From the human T2T-CHM13v2.0 reference genome, Homo sapiens, in NCBI RefSeq assembly GCF_009914755.1, contig NC_060927.1: a stretch of DNA of 64,000 bases; one strand, 5' to 3'. Positions 43,051-54,554 of the stretch are shown one piece after another. The position numbers and the translations under genes are program-made. The notes beneath the pieces were generated by a model. It was not told where the DNA came from and made no database searches. It worked only from the letters and a program-made list of their open reading frames with translations. Position 1 is the stretch's first letter. Each line of letters starts with the position of its first letter.

Positions 43051-43380
43051 ATCTAAGTGCTTATATTTTTGTTAATAAAGTAAGAAAACACATAACAAAA
43101 CCATTGTATTTTTCTACATTGACATTATTTTCAAATATTAGCTTAATTCAACATAAATTGGCCCTAAAAAAGAAAACTTTAAGACTAAGTAATAGTATAT
43201 TGTAAGAATATTCATACCTAAGTAAGCTAAAATAACATAAAATTGTAAAAACAATTCAAACAGAATATTGAAATTTACATGTGAATTATCTAATTATCTG
43301 GAAGATCACCTATACTAAGTGTGGTATAGAATGTTTTACTTTTATATATTTGTGTCCATAATAGGTCACCAAAACTTATA

Positions 43381-43416
43381 TACGTGTGTGTGCGTGTGTG
43401 TGTGTGTGTGTGTGTG
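43381..43416. repeat. (TG)n microsatellite
   Basis: Directly visible. Confidence 0.95.
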
Positions 43417-45495
43417 AATAAGTTTGTATTGTTATTTTAAAATTTTATTTCAGTTTTTGGGCTGAAATCACACATCAGGCTAGGATTACAAATTGAAGAA
43501 CTAAGAAACTCGAACAGACTTTTTATTAGCAACCAATTTAGCCCTCTACATATAAGAAAATATATCTATGATTTTTATACTGAAATATTTTATGAGATAT
43601 ACACATTATAGTGAAAAAATTGCAATAGATTGCCCAAACCATTGTTTACTATTTTTATAGCTACTTACACGCAAGAAAGAAAGATATGAATTTTTCCCAA
43701 CCAGTTAACCACTTAATAATTTTTCACTGTATATGCTAGAGAAGCAGCCAAAGATTATGGGTCACAAAACTAAAAATGTGTTCCTTATATCCTGATATCT
43801 TATAGAAAGATTTATGGCATGCAGAAAAATAATAAGCCAAAATTCAGATAACCAGTAAGACATACATAGTCACCTATCCATGTTACGTATGTAAGAAGTC
43901 TTGAGATAGCTACCCCGCCATAAGTAATGTGTAATCATTCCTCGAAGCTATATTTTTGCATCATCTCAAAGATATGCTCCTTCAGAGAATTTTATTATCA
44001 TTATCAAGGCATATCTACAATTTGCCCAAAGGAGTAAAATATACAGTTTCAGACATGGATTTCTTAATTTCGTTTATGAATTATATATTCTCCCTTCGTT
44101 CCAAATCCTTTCTGCCATGAAGGAGTATTTGAGATTTTATTTCTAAACCTACTCACATTAACTTAGGTTAGAAAAGCAAAATTAAAAAAAATTTAGAATT
44201 ATTTAATTCAAGGTATAATATACTGTGTGTAAATTGAAGGTTTATTTTGTGCTTACATATCTGAAAAAAACTGGAAGTGAAAGTATGCAACTTTCTTTTT
44301 ATTGACTCTTCCTTACTATATTGGCTTACATTTTTCTTGATTTAACCTGTTACCAAAGAATTCTTGCTTAATAGTGCAATTTTATTTAAGTGTCCTTGGT
44401 GGTCATTATTGAGCCATAGTTAAAAATCTTAATTTTTAAAAAACAAAGCCGCATTTATTTTCATTTATCTTAAATTATTTTGCATATCTAACTTGGTTTT
44501 CTTTTATAGATTTTGTTATATCAAACAGTGAGTTTGAACATGTTTCATTTTCACCTTCCTAAGTTTTATAGTGTACTCAGAATTGCTACCACTCTCAATA
44601 TTAAACAGGAAATTAGATTAAATGTCCTACTCACTCACACATAATTGTCACTATTAGCCTAATTAGGTGATTCTTTCACTTTAAAATTCTTGCTTCTGGG
44701 TAGATTTTACCTTTGGGTGTTTAGACTAATTCTTCTACAACCTGGCTGGAGAGAATATCTAATCCCACTGCGTGCTATTAGGTATAATTTATGTTGGTAA
44801 CAAACATATGTCACTAAATTTCACTGTTTATTTCATCACATTTTTCAGCTGAACAAAGATTACAAATTAATGAAGTGAAAGCTAGCATATTCAGCAAAGC
44901 ACAGTTCCAAATAAAGTTTCTTTCTTCACATTACACTAACACATTATTTATTTTCCCATCACATTGCAGTAACACATTATTTATTTACCTAAAATAAGTT
45001 CTTCAACTGATTTTAGAATTCTACCTGTCTATTCATTATTTAAATTTTATTACTGGACTTATGGAAGAATGCCAACTGCATGATGAAATAGATATTAATG
45101 ATAGCAATTTGACACTGTGGTATTGGTTTTTTAAGTATTCACTAGATTATTCTATACAACAAGAAAAAGTTGATGTTTTTTATGGTTTTTAGCTAAATGT
45201 TATAAATAGCTCAATAATTACTATTTGAAAAACTTAATGATTGACTAGATATAAAAAGACAAAAATGTAGTTTGCTCTACATACATTATTCAACTGAGCA
45301 CATTCTTGTGAAACCTAGATAACCTCAATGCCTTGGAATTCTAAATAAAATAGTAGAAATAGATCCCAAACTACATTCATGCCTGAAATACTTCATAATA
45401 TAAAACATTCAGAGAATTAATCTGTATTTATGCAATTTAATTTGTGTACAAATAACTCCCAATTACCTATATAATAAAGTAAAACTCCTAAACTT

Positions 45496-45516
45496 AAAAA
45501 AAAAAAAAAAAAAAAA
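45496..45516. repeat. poly(A) tract
   Basis: About 21 consecutive A. Confidence 0.95.
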
Positions 45517-45938
45517 CGTTCTCTACAGCTTGGACCAATAAACCATGTCATTCATTGCTTCTTATGTCCTTTACTCCTGCTGTGCACATATATAAAAACG
45601 CAAAACACATACACAGACACACTAATTTTTCTAGGATACAGATAATATTGAGTACAATCTCTAGATTTGGATGCTTTTGTATTTGGTCATGCCATTCTCT
45701 GATCATGCTTTCTTATTTGACTCAGAGAAAATCCTACCTGCTCTTATAAAATTCATCTCATGTAACATTATTTTCAAATATTCAATAAGGAATTGATTTT
45801 ATTATTTTGCATGTTTCTGTAAGGTTACGTGATGTCTGGAATCTTCCTGATTTCTAATACTGTATTTTTTTAAGACTGAATTAACAAATACATGCATGCT
45901 CACACACACACAATCTCTCACAATATATCAGTCCAGAT

Positions 45939-46113
45939 CAGCAGTTCTCATGTATATTAGAATTAATTATGTTGGGAGTTCTTTAGGAATACTAATGCTT
46001 GTCTCTAAATCCCAGAGATTCTTATTTAATTTCAGGGGCAGGACCAAGATGCAAGAAGTTTTAAAAGTCAACTGGGTGTTTCTAATGTATAGTCAGGGCA
46101 TGATCCACTACAG
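45939..46113. mobile_element. MER5A1/MER5-type MITE
   Basis: CAGCAGTTCTCA...CCCAGAGATTCTTATTTAATT...TTTTAAAAG...GGTGTTTCTAATGTATAGTCAGGG...CCACTACAG. Confidence 0.75.
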
Positions 46114-46410
46114 TAGATATGCTGTTGTGAGAATTAAAGTACTTGAATAATTAAGAAAAGCTATTCTCTTTTTATCCTTTGTATAGACTTTCATAGAGAC
46201 TTGCACAATGTATTAGCTCTACTAATATGTGTATTAATGCAAGTGTTGGAGCTACCTAAAAGGTGAATACTTGAAGACAGCGTGGTCTCTTCTTTAGTTC
46301 CTCTGACTGTCAAGACTCTCAGATCAACACATCATACCAAAACCTATAGTAGGTGAAAGAAATAGAAAAAAAAAATAATAGAATAACACAAAAATACAGA
46401 CAAAAATATA

Positions 46411-47331
46411 GAGACTTCTAGGCAAGATGGAGTAACAGGAATTTCATTTTCTGCTGGAAACAACACATGTGAGTTAGTAATCATCAGAACTTCTTAATGA
46501 GAGAAAGTCTGGGGACCATGGCTAATAGAGGTAAAATCAAGGCCAAATGCAGAGGTCTTTCCTAGTTGTAGAGATGGAGCATTTAGCAGAAGGGTCACAG
46601 GGTGTTATATGTCAAAGAAGAGGGTGCTGGAAAAGAAAGAAACACACAGAGGGTTAGTTCTGGGCATCTGCAGTGGTCCTCAAGTATGAATAGTGAATTA
46701 TTGCATGAATTATGAAAGTATCTGAAGCCAGCAGAAAATAAAACTACCCAAAAAGAATAAAAAGAAACAATTACAGGAGGTCTCATGTGGTCAAGAATAG
46801 TTCTTCTTCTCATCAGCCAGAAAAATAGTTTCTCTACTCATCAGCCAGAAAAGTAAACCTCATAATTTATGGGGAATTAGATAGAGTACGCAGAAGTATT
46901 TTACCTCTGTAGTGAGGCAAAAGGAACTCTAAATGTTTTCTCCATTCCTAACAACACTTAAAATTAAGATCTAACTCTTCAGCCCTGGTGATGAAAATAT
47001 AAAATGGTATAACAAATTTAGAGGAAAAGTTTGACATTTTCTTAATAACAACGCAACTTTTCCACTCCTCAGTCTTTACACAAGAGAAATTATATTTTAT
47101 ATCCATAAAAAGTCCTGGACAATAATGTTCATAGTTTTGTTTCTGTGGCTAAAGACTGTAGAGAACCCCAATGTCTATGAAGAAGTTAATGAATAAAACA
47201 AATTAAAACTTAACTCTACAGTGAAACACTACTCATCAATAAAAGGTAATAAATTATTTATCCATGAAGCAACATGAATCTTAAACTAATTACGCTATGT
47301 GAATGAAACAAGAGAGAAATGATTATATAGT
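46411..47331 (+). mobile_element. L1ME-type element (5' end fused to 3' UTR), left part
   Basis: GACTTCTAGGCAAGATGGAGTAACAGG 5' motif; 3'UTR motifs TAAAATGGTATAAC, TTCCACTCCT, AATGTTCATAG, GCAACATGAATCTTAAAC. Confidence 0.75.
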
Positions 47332-47373
47332 TGTATTTGTCAAGATTTTCCAGAGAAACAGAACCTATAGAAG

Positions 47374-47518
47374 ATGTGTGTCTGTGTCTGTGTGTGGTGC
47401 GTGTGTGTGTTGTGTGTGCTGTGTGTGTGTGGTGTGTGTGTGTGGTGTATGTGGTGTGTGTGTGTGTGTGTGTGGTGTGTTTAGAGGTATAGATAGATGA
47501 TAGATAAATAGTTTAGAT
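47374..47518. repeat. Compound (TG)n/(TGG) then (GATA)n microsatellite inside the LTR
   Basis: Directly visible. Confidence 0.95.
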
Positions 47519-47810
47519 AACCATCATTCTCAGCAAACTATCTCAAGGACAAAAAACCAAACACAGCATGTTCTCACTCATAGGTGGGAACTGAACAATG
47601 AGAACACATGGACACAGGAAGGGGAACATCACACACTGGGGCCTGTTGTGGGGTGGGAGGAGCGGGGAGGGATAGCATTAGGAGATACACCTAATGTTAA
47701 ATGACAAGTTAATGGGTGCAGCACACGAACATGGCACATGTATACATATGTAACTAACCTGCACGTTGTGCACAGGTACCCTAAAACTTAAAGTATAATA
47801 AGAAAAGAAA
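47519..47810 (+). mobile_element. L1PA4/5-like 3' end inserted in the LTR
   Basis: ACCATCATTCTCAGCAAACTATC...GGAGGGATAGCATTAGGAGATA...CCCTAAAACTTAAAGTATAATAA plus A-rich tail; includes the G-rich 3'UTR tract at 47638-47671. Confidence 0.96.
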
Positions 47811-48238
47811 GATAGGTCAATTATAAAGTATTGATTGCTTTCATGATTCTAGAGGCTGAGAAGTTCCATCATCTTTCCTTTGCAAGCTGAACCTGGAAAA
47901 ACTGCTGATATGGTTCAAAATCCTGAGAGCTGGAGAGCCTAGGCTATAGACACCAGTCCAAGTTGGAGGTCCTGAGAATCAGGAGCCCTGAGGGCAGAAG
48001 ATTTATGTTTCAGGTCAAGCAGTCAGTCAGAGAAAAAGAGTGAATGTTCTCTTCCTCCAACTTTTTGTTCTATGGATTGGTTGGTGCGCACACAAATTGG
48101 AAGGCAATTTATTTTACTGAGTCTACCCGTTCCAATGCTAATCACTTCTGGAAACATTCAACAACACACCCAGAAAAAATATTTACCCAGATGTCTAGTA
48201 TCATGTAATCCAGTTGTTACACAAAAATAACTATAACA

Positions 48239-50516
48239 AGTTCACCCCTTATCAACTTGGCACTAATATGCATCTTAAACCATACTTGATCTCCCAATAA
48301 AGATACTAACAAGGTCATAATTCTGCCTAACATGATACAAATATCCTGTGCACAAATAAAAACACACTGACCCCTTTCCCCAAAGAATAGGTAAACTCCT
48401 TGAGTGATGTTTACTCTTCTTGATACCACATAACTTAAGTACTATGATGTAAAATTATTGAAACTTAAAAATTATGATATATGACAAGTGAATAAAAAAG
48501 AAAACAAACCTATTTGAGAGATATACATATCTCTTTATATGTGTATGTATATATGTGTGTATATATAAACACACAGATACATATATATATACGTGCACAA
48601 ACATGTTCATAACAAAATAAGAAGGAATACTCGTGAAAATTAGTCCTCATTCCAGTAACTGATCACATGGTTGTAGCTAGTATTTGCAACACCCTCTTCC
48701 ACTACCTGTTCTGTAGCTCTTTGGATTTCAGCAAACCCCTCAGCTGGTTGTGCTTCTTTACGTGGAGGATGACCCACGCCTTCATTTCTGAAGGAATCCA
48801 AAGTGGCCAGGTGGCAGTCTTAACTTCCAGTTATTTGAAATCACTGTTGAGTCTCATACTGGAAGTATCCCTCCCTTTGGAAATAAAATCTCTAGACCAG
48901 TAGAGTGTAAGGTCTTGGAGACAGTAGGCACACATTGTAATCATGGGTCACTAAGGGTAATAGTAGCTGCTTCCACTCTCCTTTCTGCCACCTGATTCCT
49001 GAACTCATGAATTTCGGCTATCAGAGGAACAGTAAAATACACTGAATGCTGATTCAGAGCATACACAGCTTCTTGGAAAACCTTGCTCCAGCCTTGCATG
49101 ATATTGCCGCCTAACTGGTGCTGTGAATGAGTGTTCAAAGGCCATTTTATTATTCTATCAAGACAGCTGCTTCAGGATGATGGAGAGCATTTTAAGATCA
49201 GTGGATTTTATAAGCATGAGCCTATTGTCACACCTTGGCTGTGAAATGAGCTTCTTGATCAGCAGCAATGCTGTTTGGAATAGTATAATGGCACGTAAGT
49301 CATTATGTAAGTTCACAGATGGTAGTTTTGATATTAGCATTGTGTGCAGAGAGGGCAAATCCCTATCTACAGTGTCTATTCCAGTGAAGACAAAACGTTG
49401 TCTTTTCCATGATTTCAGCTGTTTAATGTAATCAACCTGCCACCAGGTAGCTGGTTGATTATGCTGTGGAAAGATGACATATCTGGACTCACTGTTGGTA
49501 TCTGCTGCTGGCAGATTAAGCAACCAGCAGTGCTGATAGCCAGGTGGGCCTTGGTGAGGGGAAGCCCGTGTTGCTGAGCCCAAGCCTAACCTTCATCCTT
49601 GCCACCACTGCTAGGACTTTGTTCATGAGTCCATTGGGTGACGAGAGGGATGGCTAGAGAAAGAGGCTGCTGGTATCAAAGGAACAGGTAATTCTATCCT
49701 CTTGGTTGTTAAAATCCACCTCTGTAGAGGCGACCCTTTAGGAAGCACTTGCATGGGAATCAAATATCTTCATAGTTTTTGCCTACTTAAAGAGGGCTAT
49801 TCACATACCTCTTCCCAACATTCTCTCGCCACCAATTTTCCAATCATATTCCTTCCAAGTCTCTTAACATGCAGCCAAACCATTGTCCACAGTTCATGAG
49901 TCAGTATATCATCTCATGCCTGGCCATTTTTCTTTCAAAACAATGAGGTGCACTGCTTAATATTCTACCCACTAGAGAGTTTTGTTTTCTATACTGTTCT
50001 TCAGGGATGTCCCAGAAAAGGGCTGTAATGCTGCAGCCATCCACTTTCTGATGGTGCTCCATATTGTATAGAACCAACTGCAAACCCAGCTGGAGTCTTC
50101 TTTCCCTGTCATAAAGGCAATGTAGTAAGAGTGGAAACCATGGGCACTTGGACCACTTTTTAATGTATCTTACTTGTGTTCTTAGTGCCTGCTGTGGGCT
50201 GATCACATAAATACACCACTTCCATTTGGTGATGCAGTGTTGCTGTGTGTACCCAACTTTATGGCTTGATGAGTCAGATAACAAACAGTTCAACATGGGA
50301 AGCTCAGATTGTATGGTAACTTGGTGGCATATAACTAAGCATTTGGTATTTACGAATAGCCTAGTAGCAGGCCTAAACTATTTCTCAACAGGAGAGCCGT
50401 TATCTGTGAATATGTCAGGGCTTTGCACCAAAATCCTAAGGGCCTGTGCTGTGACTCCCTCTAGGGGGCTGCCAAAGGCTCCAAACAGCATCCCTATTTG
50501 CCACTGACACCTCAAG
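48239..50516 (-). mobile_element. ERVL (HERV-L/ERVL-B4-like) internal region, 3' half only
   Basis: PPT abuts the LTR; pol peptides are recognisable on the minus strand (see next feature). Confidence 0.93.
48940..50510 (-). pseudogene. pol: Disrupted ERVL pol (RT end / RNase H / integrase)
   Basis: ORF-track fragments QPATWWQVDYIKQLKSWKRQRFVFTGIDT (integrase core), KVGYTQQHCITKWKWCIY (tether/RNase H) and QGWSKVFQEAVYALNQH match HERV-L Pol; multiple frameshifts and stops. Confidence 0.9.
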
Positions 50517-50534
50517 TTTGATTTAACTTTTACA

Positions 50535-50690
50535 ACAGTTTGTAATTCCATTTATATAAAATTGTAGAAGATTGAAGTTAATCTGCAGTGACAGAAAACA
50601 TGTTAGTATTGTCTGTACTTGGAGGAGGGAGACAGGGCAGGATGGGAGGCAGGGTTATTATAAAAGAGCAAAGAAATCTTTGAGAATAAA
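50535..50690 (+). mobile_element. L1ME 3' UTR, continuation of the 46411-47331 element
   Basis: AATTCCATTTATATAAAATTGTAGAA...AATCTGCAGTGACAGAAA is the segment expected after the left breakpoint. Confidence 0.75.
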
Positions 50691-52597
50691 AAGTACCAGA
50701 CTAAATCTAATTCATCCTAAAACTGGCATATGTGGAAAAAAAAAGTCTTTTCTGGATTTAAATATAGTCTACTGCTTCAATGGAAATTACTCTTTTGCAC
50801 CATTTTAAAATCACCTTTCACCGATTGTTTTTAAATTATACTGGTTTGAATCCTAAACCAAAAATATGTCTCATGTATTAAGTGAGATTTTTATTTTCTA
50901 AAGCATTCATTACTTGTTCATTTCTTATAAATAATGAAGGCTCTGTTATTTTTTGTTCCTACCTGGTAACATTAAAAAAATAAACATATAACACAACAAA
51001 GTTTTCGTTCTTCTTCTGAAAAAATTCAAAAGCATCTTTAAATCCTCAGGCTTCTCTTTTGCACTTTGCCTCTCCTTTGTTTGAAAGTTTTTCATCATTA
51101 CTAGGTCAGGTTATCTTTCAATACCCAGTAGAGCTTTTATTCCACACAAAACCTCACCTTCAAATGACATGCCATTGGTTTCATTACCCATAATTGCTGC
51201 TACCTCTCAAAATAAAATTAAGAGATTTAATAAATCTTTAATGATTGTATAAAATACAAACAACCAGACTGCTCATGATTTTTTCTTTGACCCTCTGTTG
51301 AGTCCTTTCACTTGAGGATGGGTTTAAATTTCTATTTACTTTGATATTTATTGGAGACAGAAATTGATTTCAAGAAAAAAAAAAAGATAAACTAGTGGAG
51401 AAATAAATGTCTTCCCAGTCAGTATTTATACTGATACCCATATTTATTAAGGTGAGTTAAAAGGAAGATATAATAATTTCTAATAATGGCAGGAATCCTT
51501 TCTAAAATTAAAAAACTATTTTATAAATTAAGAAAAATAAATAAGATAAAATATAAAAGAGGACTCAGAAGATTCTGTATTCTTCATATTTCAAAGCATG
51601 ATTTTACTTTTCAGTACAAATTTTAAAATTTCTTCAAATAATTGTAAAAAACTTAGTAGCCATTAAAAAGAAAACATCTTTCTCTAACAATTTATTTTTT
51701 TCTCTACAATGTCATATAATTTGTTTTCCATAAATAAAATAATTGAGATAGCTAATCACTATATAACACTGTGCATATGGTATGTGTTTTTATTTAGATT
51801 TTTATAAATATAGTACCTTATTCTTCTCATTGCCTTTTAGCTAATGAAAATAAAGCTCAGAAACATAAAATAAATAGCTCAGTATCACAAAGCTGATAAG
51901 ATTAACACCAAATTTCAAGCCCAGGTCTTATATTTCCGAATCACAGGAGGAATAGGCAAGGACAAATTGGGGAATGTTGTTGTAGACCACAGGAGGGAAG
52001 CAAATACAGGAGATTGACTAATATGTTAGGCACTGTTTTGGCACATTGATTTCTGTTGTGATGTTATCATTGATCGAGCCTAGATAACATTCTTCTCAGT
52101 ACTTGTTAAGGGGTTTCAATTTAATATTTAACGGAGAGAGAAAGAGACAGAATTCTGACTGAATTGTCCCTGAAATGTTGTGTGAAGTAAGGAGAGATCA
52201 GTAAAATGTTCACATATTATTAGATGGTAGGTATCAATTTTTTTTTTAAATCAGAAGAAAGTGGATTTCAGTAGAAAGCATTGCTTATTAAAACCATATA
52301 CTTGTGTACATGTTTAGTTGTATTAAAATACAACTGCTTCAAATTTGTCTACCACAGTTGGGAGGCAGAAAATCACATTTATAATCTTACACTTTTTACT
52401 TAGATGGAAAACTATGATGTGTAAAGTTATTTTCAAATTACTGTAAAATTACAGTATTATTTTTCTTTCATTTCCTGATGATTCTATGAAACTGAAAATG
52501 CAGTTATGTTTTCCTGCATTGCTTTCCAAATCCAGTTTGGTAAGCTTCATATGTCACTGAAGTCATAAGATCAGAACTAATTTTTGGCATATAGCAT

Positions 52598-53040
52598 CAC
52601 TGTATTCAGGAAGGATGCAGAAGTTGACTGTGGGAAGACAAACTAATTGGGAATATTTAGTACAATGCTGAAGGCTGGGTGGGTATATTGACCAACAAGG
52701 GATACTGAGGCATATAAGCAATAACAATCGTAAAAAGTCATTAGCTTCATTAGCTCCTGAAGGTAGGAGCAAGGGGAAGAAGTGGTGTTACTAGAGCCCA
52801 GTGAGAGGAGGTGTATTAAAGAGATCACTTAATAGGAGCCATAGTCAAAGAGCATCTTGGACACTGATAAAACCCAGAAATGAGTGAGTAAATAAATAAT
52901 CTGTTCTGCTTTCCTCCAGTGCTCTTGTCAGCTGTCATTATTGTTCTTTGTTCAAATCCATCTGCAAGGCAGAAGGCAGGATGTAGTTCATAATAGTCAG
53001 TCATCCAAGATCAGGGAATAGAAGGTCAAGAAAGTTAACC
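52598..53040 (-). mobile_element. LTR33-like ERVL LTR remnant
   Basis: CCAACAAGGGATACTGAGGCA...CCTGAAGG...GCAAGGGGA...GCAGAAGGCAGGATGTAGTTCATA...GTCAG. Confidence 0.5.
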
Positions 53041-54394
53041 ATCCACCACCATTATGTACTATGATGCAAAATCATCCAGAGAAGGCCAATAGGAAAAAGG
53101 AGTGGGTTGATGTAGTGTTGACATGCTTGTGTACAGGAGTATATGAGTTCAGTAAGTATATGTTCCCATTAAGTCATTTATTTTTAGTATATTTCAGAAA
53201 GAGGAGACCTGACATAAGGAAGCAAATGACAAAAAACACCTCGTACTTGGTCTAAAATTTTGAAGTAAGGCTTTTTAGAGAAGAGTGTATGTGTTCCTAG
53301 TTAACCTGTAACTATCTTTCACCAAATGCTCATATTGTACTTTTCCCTGACTTCTGAGGGGGAACCAACTCCTGTTCTTTGGAGTATCGTGCTATTTCAC
53401 TGTATTTTAAGACTTCCAAAATATTATGAATCATTGTTCCTGTAAGATATTGATGGTTGTACCTGGAGACAGCTTTAACTCTTTCCATTACCCCAATAGT
53501 TCATGGCTATAAGATCATATTGTTTTTCACTCAATACTTCACTCCAGAAGCAACCTGCTTTATGCCAATAATTTTACCCCTCTAGATTTATCATAAAATA
53601 ACTAAATTATTTCTAATATTGCTCAGAACTAAAACAATTACTAAATTAGATGTCAGATTCACCACTTAAAAGTAAATCATTTCATGTCATCTCATTTATC
53701 CATTTATTGAGAGAGCGGGGGACAGAGGTAGAGGGGAGACAGTGCTAAAAGCCTCCACAAGTCTTCCAAATTTTAAGCAAAATACAGTGAGTGATGGTGA
53801 GTTTGTATTTATCTATTATATAGTATTTTTAGGCAAGAAATACTTGTTATTTATTCTGCAGCTTCAGTCTTTCCAGTTAAGGTATTGTTCCCAAATCTGT
53901 TCTTTCTTTCACACCACCAAGGTGATTTCTTATTTGATTCTCTTCTAAAATTTCACCCATTTAAATTTCCTGTCTCTATTCTATTTTTCTTGCTTTTTTT
54001 GCAGAATATTTTGTTATTTTATTCCTTCCTTGCTTCTTTCCTTTTTTTTTCTTCATCTGTACCTTCTTTTGTTCACATTTGTCATATTAGTATCTTATCT
54101 TCCTTTTTAACCTTTTTTTCTCCTTCCTTTTCTGGTTTTTAAATAATGTTTTAAGCAGCATTCAAAATTTAAAAAAGGCACATTAAGTATTTGCAGGAAT
54201 TAAGACATAAAGAAAACTAATGACATCATGATGTTCAAAATACATTTAACTTTTGCTCTATGTTTATGGAATGTAGAACAAGTATTTGATCTTAAGCCTC
54301 TAGTAGTAATACAAAGAAGAGGTCATATCATAAGATCCATAGCGTCTATAATATGAACTAAAAAGTCAATTAAAATCCAAGAAGATTCACTGAC

Positions 54395-54530
54395 ACATTC
54401 ATTCCTACAAATGTATATTGACCACACATGTGCCAGAAATTGATCGAGTTTCCAGGACATGAAATTTGACAGAGTAAACAAAATCCTGTCTTCATGAGGC
54501 TTACATTTTCAGAAGTAGAAAACAATAAAT
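54395..54530 (-). mobile_element. L2 3'-end fragment
   Basis: CATTCATTC...CAAATGTATATTGA...ATGTGCCAG...ACAAAATCCTGTCTTCATGAGGCTTACATTT. Confidence 0.7.
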
Positions 54531-54554
54531 GAAAATGTAAGCCTCATGAAGACA
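54487..54554. repeat. Perfect 25-bp inverted repeat with 18-nt loop
   Basis: TGTCTTCATGAGGCTTACATTTTCA (54487-54511) and TGAAAATGTAAGCCTCATGAAGACA (54530-54554). Confidence 0.98.

Larger units (their letters stand above)
47332..48238 (-). mobile_element. MLT2 (B/C/D-type) LTR, the 3' LTR of an ERVL provirus
   Basis: TGTATTTGTCAAGATTTTCCAGAGAAACAGAACC...GAGGCTGAGAAGTTCCA...AATGCTAATCACTTCTGGAAACA...AAAATAACTATAACA, followed by the polypurine-tract (PPT) complement AGTTCACCCCTT. Confidence 0.9.

Noticed and set aside
47638-47671. G-quadruplex-like G-run cluster
   Set aside because: It is the ordinary G-rich tract of every L1PA 3'UTR, not specific to this locus.
49158-49583. 141-aa ORF with an integrase motif as a functional or domesticated gene
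   Set aside because: Only the middle ~45 residues are in the Pol frame; frameshifts on both sides break the integrase core. Recorded as a pseudogene remnant.
49901-50296. 131-aa ORF
   Set aside because: A frameshifted ERVL pol fragment, in frame only at its start.
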